Assembly: GCA_965208325.1 (NCBI GenBank)
Contig: OZ242326.1
Coordinates: 4,512,001 to 4,576,000 of the forward strand
DNA length: 64,000 nt
From: Candidatus Poribacteria bacterium
GTDB lineage: Bacteria > Poribacteria > WGA-4E > PCPOR2b
Direction of reading: 5' to 3'
Shown: in pieces, positions 28,923 to 37,027 of the stretch
How positions within the stretch are numbered: position 1 is the stretch's first letter
Layout: every line of letters begins with the position of its first letter
Position numbers and translations under genes: made by a program
Notes under the pieces: generated by a model
Told to the model about the DNA's origin: nothing
Seen by the model: only the letters and a program-made list of their open reading frames with translations
Database searches by the model: none

Positions 28923-29004
28923 GAAAACGGGAAAACGGGAAAACGGGAAAACGAGAAAACGTGAAACGGAAAACGAGAAAACGAGAAAACGAATAACGAG
29001 TAAC
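28923..29004. repeat. Degenerate 7-8 bp tandem repeat (gaaaacgg/gaaaacga), about 10 copies
   Basis: Directly visible in the sequence. Confidence 0.85.
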
Positions 29005-29153
29005 TCACAAAGATTTTGTTTGTCTGAATCACGGATTGGCGCGGATTTTACGGATTGAACAGATAGAAGAAATTCACAATGTTTGGGTTCGTATGGCAAA
29101 AATGGGTGTCATGTTTTCATGGTCAATGAGTCACAGTGGCCTGTCGTTTGCCA

Positions 29154-30625
29154 CTACTGCGGCGGCGTCAGCATGGCGGCGATGTCTGCAGGTAGTTTTA
29201 CGCCATTGCATTCCTCGAAGTCTGAGACGCTTTCGCAGAAGAAATGAAATGCGGTGATAATATCCATCCCCATGTCCTTGGCTTTTGTTAGGTCTGCCCT
29301 TGCTTTTTTCCATTCGCCTAGGTGTAACTGCGCTACTCCGCGTCCGGCATAAGGCTCAGCAAGGTCAGGTTTAAGTTCTATTGCTCTGTTGTAATCTTCA
29401 AGCGCAACGTCAATTCTGCCTCTTTTGGTGTAAGCATTACCACGATTGTTATAAGCCTCAACGAGATCACGTTTCAGTTCTATCGCCTTGGTATAACCTA
29501 CGATAGCACGGTCAAAATTGCCTTTTTTGATGTAGGCAATCCCACGGTTGTAATGCGCTTCGACAAAATCGGGCTTCAACTCTATCGCCTTGTTATAGTC
29601 TGCGATAGCGCGCTCCGCGTCGCCTTTTTCGCGATAAACGGCACCACGATTGCTATAAGGCTCAGCGTAGCTAGGATCCAGCTCAATCGCCCTATTACAG
29701 TCTTCAATCGCACGGTCATACTCGCCTAGGATGCGGTAAACCGAACCACGATTGTTGTAAGCGAAGACATCATCTGGTTTCAGTTTTATTGCCATGCTAA
29801 AATCTTGAATTGCAAGATCGTATTCACCTTTATCAGCATAAGCAATGCCGCGATTATTATAGGCGATGACAAATTTGGGCTTCAATTCTATTGCTTTGCT
29901 ATAGTGTGCAATTGCATTATCGTAATGCTCAAGATTCGCTTGTGAGTTCATTCTTCGGGTCTCCTGTTGGTTGCTGGGTTGAACCGACATAAAATTCAAT
30001 ACAGGCAATCTGGTGCAAGTCCTGTTTTCTAATGAACCCATGGAGGTCATTGTAAATGGTTTCTGTAGATATACCGTGATGTTTGTCCAAGTAGCTTAAT
30101 ATCGGTTGTTTGAGGTGTGCCGGAATGACGATTACTTCGTCCGGTTCAATAAATCCTGCGAGTGGTCGAACAAATATGCTCTTCTGGGCTATGATGCGAT
30201 TTCGTGGGTTCTGAGGTTTTCTCTTAACTCGATTCTCGTCCTGTGATTCCTCTCCCATAAGGATAACTCTGCCTGCTTTGTCAAAGAAGCGATCGCAAGC
30301 GAAGAATAGGGCTATGTGATTGTCGGTCGTAAAATCTATGAGATTGGTGTGCCCTCCATAGTGTTGAAGTTCTGCCCAGATTTCAATCTCCTCTTGTTCG
30401 GGGGTATAGTTTTTTGCCGAGTCCAGTATTAGTCCTTCGATCGCTTGTATATCGAAATCCTCGGTTCGCATTTTTTTCTTGCACTCACGCCAAAGACTTG
30501 ACGAAACTTTTCTATAGCGCCTCGGTTCACCGCGGTAGATATAGTTGCCTCTGGCTGTTTTTTCTGCTAACTCACGAAGGATTTCCAAAACAGCGTTTAA
30601 GCTATCTTGCGGATTGGTTTTCCAT
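29154..30625 (-). pseudogene. FRG-TPR fusion gene disrupted by apparent frameshifts (track ORFs 29929-30702 and 29154-30050)
   Basis: FRG part (YIYRGE, LQHYGG.TNLIDFT, NRIIAQKSIF, IYNDLHGFI) and TPR part are colinear with intact 37028-38752 but in different frames. Confidence 0.8.
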
Positions 30626-30706
30626 GCTGAAGATTTTTTCCCGAAAACGGATATTTCTTCATTGTCTGAATGGCTAATTGGCGCGGATTTGACGGATGAC
30701 ACAGAT

Positions 30707-30824
30707 TATAGTCATTTAGGTTCACATTTACACACAGAGTAATGAACTGATTTACAATCGAGGCTAGGAAGCCTCTCCCACAAACCAATGAGTAAATGTA
30801 TAATTTTTAGTCGAAATGACTATA
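30707..30824. mobile_element. MITE-like element, second copy
   Basis: TATAGTCATTT...AAATGACTATA termini; interior matches 20469-20585. Confidence 0.7.
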
Positions 30825-30908
30825 AAACAACACCGTAACATTTGGGTTCGTTTCGCGATATTGAGTGTCATGTTTTCATCGTAATTAGTCACAGTGGTCT
30901 GTCGTTTG

Positions 30909-31739
30909 TCACTCCTGCGGCGGTGTCAGCATGGCGGTGATGTCTGGCGGTAGCTTCACCTTATGTTTCTGCTCGAAGTCCGGGACGCTTTCGTAGTCGT
31001 TATGGAACGCGGCAATAACTATTAATCCCAAGTTCTCAGCGGTAATCAGGTCTGCTTTGGCTTTTTCCCATTCCGCCAGGATTAACCATGCTTCACCACG
31101 ATTGTAATAGGCATCGGCAAAATCGAGTTTGATTTGTACGGCTTTCGAATAATTTGCGATGGCACGCCCAACCTTCCTCTTTTTGACATAGGCTACGCCG
31201 CGGTTGCTATAGGCTTCGGTTAACTTGGTATCTAGTTCTAATGCCTTGTTAAAATCTACGATTGCGCGGTCATACTCTCCTTTTCTGAGGAAGGCTGTCC
31301 CCCGATTGTTATAAGGTTCAGCATAATCTGAATTCAACGCCAGTGCCTTGTTAAAGTCTTCAATGGCTCGGTCAAAATCTTTTTTGTTGCGGTAAGCGCT
31401 GCCGCGGTTGTTATAGGCTTGAGCGAACTCCGGTTTTAGCTGAATCGCCTTATTATAGTCTTCGATAGCCCGGTCAAACTTGCCCATCTCGTCCCGAACA
31501 ACGCCGCGGTTGTTGTAGGCTATAGCAAAATTAGGATTAATCTCTATTGCTTTGGTAAAGTGTTCAATGGCAAGTTTACAATCGCCTGCGTTGCGACAGT
31601 CAAGGCCGAGATTGTTTAAAATTGCGGCTTCGTGCCGCTTTTGACGTGCTTCCGGCCCACGAATTTCGCCTAGATCTGACGCGTATTCCTTCATGTACGT
31701 TTGATAATCAAATTCCACTTCTTCTTCTGTCGTATTCAT
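30909..31739 (-). CDS. TPR protein (about 6 repeats) with a short charged N-terminal leader and the shared C-terminal cap
   Basis: AYNNRG...AI.D.NKA units; ATG at 31739 after AAAGGAG. Confidence 0.9.
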   Translation of the reverse strand: MNTTEEEVEFDYQTYMKEYASDLGEIRGPEARQKRHEAAILNNLGLDCRNAGDCKLAIEHFTKAIEINPNFAIAYNNRGVVRDEMGKFDRAIEDYNKAIQLKPEFAQAYNNRGSAYRNKKDFDRAIEDFNKALALNSDYAEPYNNRGTAFLRKGEYDRAIVDFNKALELDTKLTEAYSNRGVAYVKKRKVGRAIANYSKAVQIKLDFADAYYNRGEAWLILAEWEKAKADLITAENLGLIVIAAFHNDYESVPDFEQKHKVKLPPDITAMLTPPQE

Positions 31740-32213
31740 TGAGTAATCTCCTTTCTGCATTAAATGAAGTGATTACATCATAAAACAAGCCACTGTGCTT
31801 CCGTAAATTTGTGTGTTTTCTAGGCTGAATCGTGGATTTTGCGGAAGACACGGAACTGTCTGAATCGCGGATTGCCACGGATTTTACGGATTACGCAGAT
31901 TGAAGAAATCCACGATTTTTAGGTTCGTTTCGCAAAGCTCGGTGTTGCAATTTCATTGTTGATATTCCAATAGAGATACATAACTGTCAGACACATCTCC
32001 GAAGTCGAAATTTGACAAAACTTGACAAAATTTGACAGATTTTATTTTTTTCCTCAGCAATGCTATCATCCATCGCCATTGAGCGTAATTGTCTGAATCG
32101 CGGATTGGCGCGGATTTAGCGGATAACACAGATAGAAGAAATTCACACTGTTTGGGTTGGTTTGGATTCGTTTCGCAGAATATGGGTTTTTCGGTGTAGA
32201 CCAGCCGGCCAAC

Positions 32214-33638
32214 TTATGAATTTCCCGATAATTTGGTTTTAAGTTTTTCCACGGCATCTATCGCATCGGAAATTTCCTTTTTGACCAAAGGGACAATGTG
32301 GGAATGGCTGAGCGGGTTAAGGATTATACTTCGGTACAGTTCGATGTCGTCAATGAGGGTTTGTTCTAAGAAGGGTGTACAATCGCTTGTACTTCCCTGT
32401 TTTATTGGATCCCAGAAATCTTCACTTTGCAATTTTTTCGGATTGTCACTGTATGTTACTCGGAGTTTATTCGTTGCGCAGAATTTCTTGATAGCAGTTT
32501 CAAAGGCGGTGCGCAGGTAGATTGCGCTGGCTTTGTAGTCGTTGTCGTCGAAATAGTCTTTCGCTTTCTCAAGATACGCTTTATCTTCTGCATAGACCGG
32601 AATCTCGTATTCATCGGTTTTCGAGGTATAAAATTCGGCGTATTTCCATTTCGCATCGGGCGTCCGCTGTTTGGCAATCTCATACCACGTTTTATCATAG
32701 GTCGTCAAAAAGATTTGGTGGTCTGGAAAATACTCGTTTAAGATATCAAGCACCGGCAGGCGGTTTGACGTATCCAAGCCGATTAACACATCGTCCAAGG
32801 CGAGAATCTTCAGGCGGCTTTCCGGTTGAATCAGGATTGACGAGAAATAGATTGCGATAGCAATCGCCGATAACCTCGCCTCGTTGAGGAAGCGGTGATG
32901 TTCGGGAATATTTTTATCAAAGAGCTCAATCGTTAACAGAATTTCCTGATTATCAAGCGTTTTGTTGTCACGGTTGTATTGAACGCCCGGAAAATCGAAG
33001 TTAAGGGCAACGTTGTGTCCAAACTTGCCAAGGATTTCAGATGCGATTGGCTGAAGTTCCGCTAATCTATTTGTTAATTCGGTATTGAAGGCTTCTGTCT
33101 GTTTTTCTAAATCTGAAATTTTGCCTGTAGCGTTTCGACGTGGATACGGCGGCTGAATTGCAGCCCAATCGTCGTCAAGGGTCCGATTCGTCAGGGTACT
33201 GACGGTGTTTGCCAAGAGCGTCTCAACCAGCAAATCGAACACATTAACTGTATCACTTTCACGATGGAGGTAGTGCGTGTCCAAAAGCGACTTATAATCG
33301 AGAAAACCCTTTGCCTTCGATGCCTCAATAATCAGTTCGTCGTCCGTTTCTCTAACGCTCTCCGACCATTCGTAGGTCTCCTGTTTTGACCAGCGATCAG
33401 CGCGGAGACACAGTTTTATATAGCCCGCATCCGTAGTAAAGATATTTTGATCGTTTTCAAATCTATGCGACGGATCATCGCCGGATTCCAAGAACAGTTT
33501 TAACGCAAAATACAGGGACGATTTTCCGCTCCCATTTTCACCGTAAACCAGCAAGTTCTTTCCTTTGTTGTGTAGGTTAATTCGGTATGTTCCGTAAAAG
33601 GCTTTGAAATTTTTGATTTCAATTTCGGTAATTCTCAC
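32214..33638 (-). CDS. ABC/SMC-like ATPase with a C-terminal HEPN-like domain (RloC/PrrC-like architecture)
   Basis: GENGSGKSS, FLNEARLS, ILALDDVLIGLD; C-terminal ASAIYLRTAFE...YRSIILNPLSH. Confidence 0.8.
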   Translation of the reverse strand: MRITEIEIKNFKAFYGTYRINLHNKGKNLLVYGENGSGKSSLYFALKLFLESGDDPSHRFENDQNIFTTDAGYIKLCLRADRWSKQETYEWSESVRETDDELIIEASKAKGFLDYKSLLDTHYLHRESDTVNVFDLLVETLLANTVSTLTNRTLDDDWAAIQPPYPRRNATGKISDLEKQTEAFNTELTNRLAELQPIASEILGKFGHNVALNFDFPGVQYNRDNKTLDNQEILLTIELFDKNIPEHHRFLNEARLSAIAIAIYFSSILIQPESRLKILALDDVLIGLDTSNRLPVLDILNEYFPDHQIFLTTYDKTWYEIAKQRTPDAKWKYAEFYTSKTDEYEIPVYAEDKAYLEKAKDYFDDNDYKASAIYLRTAFETAIKKFCATNKLRVTYSDNPKKLQSEDFWDPIKQGSTSDCTPFLEQTLIDDIELYRSIILNPLSHSHIVPLVKKEISDAIDAVEKLKTKLSGNS

Positions 33639-36600
33639 GCCTTATCCTCAATTATACGGATCGGTTCTACACTATCCAGAAAGAAAAGGTTGATCCGGAT
33701 CTGATGTGTTCTTTCATACAATCGCTCGAAGATTTCCTGTAACGATACCATTTTATCACCTCGAATTTCTTCAATCTCCGGCAACCCTTCGTCTAACAAT
33801 GGTTTGAAGAACTGTTTATCCCCGTGATGCAGTTCTTCACTCAGATAGGATTCATAAACCAGTCCGTCAACGATTCGTTCAAAATAGCCGAGCATTATGA
33901 AGTCGCGGGCGTGTGCCAAATCTTTGCCGCTCGTCGTCGGCTGTCCCTGAAGGTAAATGAGGTAATCGACAATTTTACCAATCAGTGATTTCTGCGTTGG
34001 TGTAAGATCGGGAACAGGGATTTCCTGCATATATCGGCTGCGCGCCCGAAGATAATCGCCAGTTAATTGATCTGACACTTGCGAATAGAACCACTCCACA
34101 ACACGGGAATTGAGGAGACCGCACAACCACGTCTCCTCAGTCGGGATAAGGTAGCATGTATCCCCGCAGAAAAGACCTTCCGTATCGACGGCGAAGGATT
34201 GACGGTCGTAGCTGTTTGGGCAAACCAACTTCGTTTGCGTAAAGCGTTCGGCGTCGCTTTTGGCGGCGGGTAATTCATACCATTTCTGTTTACCCGTTCT
34301 TTTGCTCAAGGGGGCTCTATATTTTTCCAAGTGTTTTCGGATGGCGGGATAACGGTCTATCTCTATGCGACGATAGGCAAAAATCAACCATGTATCCGGT
34401 TTTGCTACCCTCCAACGCCTGATATCCCGTCCGTGCAAAAACGGCTTCAAAACTTCAGTGGATGCAGGGTGCTCCGCAATGAGTCGATCTCGCGTCGCGC
34501 TATCTACGACAAAGGCTCCGCTGCTACCGGTCTTGATTCCGAAAGTAGGACGCGATTGGACGTATTGAGACAAAGGTGTGCCCGCGTTGCGTAGTTTCGC
34601 TAGGAGATTCAACACATCGGACGATTCAAGGGGCGTACCTTCGAAACTCGAGAATTTTTCCGTCTTTGGGAATCGACTCCGCCGCGGTTGCGACAGCATG
34701 TCAGCGATGTCCATCGGCAGATTCACACGATGTCTCTTCTCGAAGGCCTCAACGCTTTTGTAGTCGTTTTGGAATCCGGCGATGATATCCACACCGTTGT
34801 CTTTAGCAGTGTTCAAATCCTTGCGGGCATTTTCCCATTCTTTCAACCGTAACCACGCTTCACCGCGATTATAATAGGCGGCGACAAAAACCGGCTCCAA
34901 GTTTATCGCTTTGTTATAATTTTCAATGGCACGGTCAATCTCGCCTTTGCTATAGTAGGCTACTCCGCGATTGTTATAAACAATGGAAAGCCGCGGATTG
35001 AGTTCTATTACTTTGTTAAAGTCAACAATGGCACGGTCATGTTTGCCAATGGTGATATAGGCATTGCCCCGACCATTATAGGCTTCGACAAGATTCGGTT
35101 CGAGCTGTATCGCCTTGTCAAAGTCGGCGATGGCACGGACATAATCACCTTTGTTGCGGTATGCGGCACCGCGATTGCTATAAGGCTCGGCGTAATCGGG
35201 TTTGAGTTCTATCGCACGGTTACAGTCTACGATGGCAAGGTCAAAATCCCCCTTTCCCCGATAGACAGCACCGCGATTGTTGTAAGCTATGGCATAATCG
35301 GTTTTGAGTGCTATAGCCTGGTTAAAGTCTTTAAGGGCAAGGTTTACCTGATCTTTTTTGCCGTATGTGATACCACGACTGTTGTATGCCTCGGCAAAAT
35401 CTGGTTTCAGTTGTATTGCCACGTTAAAGTCTTCAACAGCACGGTTAAAATCACCCTGTTCGTCGTAGGCAATACCGCGATCGCTATATGCTATGGCAAA
35501 ATCGGGATTCAGCTCTATCGCTTTATTGAAGTCGTTGAGAGCAAATTGAACATTACCTTTGTTCTTAAAAGTAACGCCGCGATTGTAGTAGGCGTTCGCA
35601 TAACCGGGGTTGAGTTGAATTGCTTTATCAAAGTCTTTGATGGCACAATCGAAATCCTCTTTGTCATGGTAAGCCCCCCCACGATTATTATATAGCTCGG
35701 CGAGGTTTGGTTTCAATTGTATTGCCTTGTTAAAGTCTGTAATAGCACGATCATATTCCCCTTTTGCTTTATGAACATTACCACGACTATTGTAGGCGAT
35801 GGTACAATTAGGATTGAGTTCTATCGCCCTGTTAAAATCCTCAATAGCGTGGTCAATCGCACCTTTTTCATGAAAAGCATTTCCGCGATTGACATATTGA
35901 TCGGGAAACTTTGGACTCATTTTTATCGCTGTATCAAAATCTACGATAGCCCGGTCAAACTCGCGTTTCTTTTGGAAAGCAATACCGCGGTTGTTATAGA
36001 CATCAGCATGATTGCGTCCGCGTTGGATTGCCTTGTTAAAATCTGAGATGGCTCGGTTATAATCGCCTTTATTGTCGTAGGCAATGCCACGATTGTAAAA
36101 GGTTTCGGCATAATTGGGATTCACCTCTATTGCTCTGTTAAGGTCTTCGAGACCGCGGTCAAGTTCCCCTTTGTCAACGTAAGCAGCACCACGGTTGCTA
36201 TAGATAACCGCGTCATACGGGTTTATTGGTATCGCCGTGTTATAATCTTTAAAGGCGCGGTCAAAATTACCCAACTTTTGGTAAGCTACGCCGCGATTGT
36301 TGTAGGCATCGGTATCACGTGGATTGAGTTTAATTGCCTGTGAATAGGCTTCTATCGCCTTGTCTATTTCTCCGAACATCATGAAAACGTTGCCTTGTTG
36401 GAATGCCAATTCAGCAAGTAATTCATCGCCAAAAGCGCTGGAAGCTGAATCCGCGTGAGATAGCATTTTGTCGACGACTTTTCGGATACCCGTCACTACA
36501 TTTTGCCAACCTTTGCTCTGAGGCCTCCACTCGTTAATGGGCTTGACTTTGTGCGGCAGAACCTCAAACCGACTGAGTTGATGATGCTCCCAATCACAAG

Positions 36601-36892
36601 CCTCAAGGATGATAGAGATGACTCTTATGTTTGCGCGTAAGACGTCAGCTAATTCTTTATTACAGTTTTTCGACGCGAGACTCGCAGCGGAGGTAAGATA
36701 AAGTAAAATGTCCGATTCGGCAAGATTATCTGAAATATCTTTTTCCCACTCGTCGCCCGGAAGAATTTTGTTATCGTCCCACAACTCTATCTTGCCTTCA
36801 TCCGCCATTACAGCAAGGCGCGTTTGCAATTCGATGTTCTGCTGTAGGTCTTTATGTGAATATGTAATGAATACTTTTAGTGCGTTGTTCAT
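33635..36892 (-). CDS. TIR - 16xTPR - type IIG RM target-recognition (TaqI_C-like) fusion protein
   Basis: TIR: VFITYSHKD, W.D..I.PG.EW, S...LAS..CNKEL. Sixteen TPRs. C-terminal ~325 aa paralogous to the C-terminus of 38886-42605. ATG at 36892; the upstream extension in the track is translated repeat. Confidence 0.9.
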   Translation of the reverse strand: MNNALKVFITYSHKDLQQNIELQTRLAVMADEGKIELWDDNKILPGDEWEKDISDNLAESDILLYLTSAASLASKNCNKELADVLRANIRVISIILEACDWEHHQLSRFEVLPHKVKPINEWRPQSKGWQNVVTGIRKVVDKMLSHADSASSAFGDELLAELAFQQGNVFMMFGEIDKAIEAYSQAIKLNPRDTDAYNNRGVAYQKLGNFDRAFKDYNTAIPINPYDAVIYSNRGAAYVDKGELDRGLEDLNRAIEVNPNYAETFYNRGIAYDNKGDYNRAISDFNKAIQRGRNHADVYNNRGIAFQKKREFDRAIVDFDTAIKMSPKFPDQYVNRGNAFHEKGAIDHAIEDFNRAIELNPNCTIAYNSRGNVHKAKGEYDRAITDFNKAIQLKPNLAELYNNRGGAYHDKEDFDCAIKDFDKAIQLNPGYANAYYNRGVTFKNKGNVQFALNDFNKAIELNPDFAIAYSDRGIAYDEQGDFNRAVEDFNVAIQLKPDFAEAYNSRGITYGKKDQVNLALKDFNQAIALKTDYAIAYNNRGAVYRGKGDFDLAIVDCNRAIELKPDYAEPYSNRGAAYRNKGDYVRAIADFDKAIQLEPNLVEAYNGRGNAYITIGKHDRAIVDFNKVIELNPRLSIVYNNRGVAYYSKGEIDRAIENYNKAINLEPVFVAAYYNRGEAWLRLKEWENARKDLNTAKDNGVDIIAGFQNDYKSVEAFEKRHRVNLPMDIADMLSQPRRSRFPKTEKFSSFEGTPLESSDVLNLLAKLRNAGTPLSQYVQSRPTFGIKTGSSGAFVVDSATRDRLIAEHPASTEVLKPFLHGRDIRRWRVAKPDTWLIFAYRRIEIDRYPAIRKHLEKYRAPLSKRTGKQKWYELPAAKSDAERFTQTKLVCPNSYDRQSFAVDTEGLFCGDTCYLIPTEETWLCGLLNSRVVEWFYSQVSDQLTGDYLRARSRYMQEIPVPDLTPTQKSLIGKIVDYLIYLQGQPTTSGKDLAHARDFIMLGYFERIVDGLVYESYLSEELHHGDKQFFKPLLDEGLPEIEEIRGDKMVSLQEIFERLYERTHQIRINLFFLDSVEPIRIIEDKA

Positions 36893-36902
36893 TTTCTTTT
36901 TT

Positions 36903-36977
36903 CTGTCTGAATCGCGGATTGAGGAAAAACACGGATTGAAGAATCCGCGCAATCCGTTTCATACGTGATTCAGACAG
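36903..36977. repeat. Complete palindromic copy of the CTGTCTGAATCRCGGATT repeat
   Basis: ctgtctgaatcgcg...cgtgattcagacag. Related copies near 26935, 27584, 29020, 30663, 31823/31856, 32089 and 38792-38893. Confidence 0.9.
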
Positions 36978-37027
36978 TATTTTCCTCCTCAATCGCAATT
37001 ACCTCAGAGTCTGATGCCCGGCAAACT

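Noticed and set aside
32040..32075. A second relic of the methylase 3' end (IAEEKN)
   Set aside because: Similarity is too short and low-complexity to support.
36893..36952. N-terminal extensions such as SIRDSD/APIRDSD in track ORFs (also 28881-29099, 27559-27780, 30663-30702)
   Set aside because: They are translations of the TGTCTGAATCRCGGATT repeat, not a protein motif.
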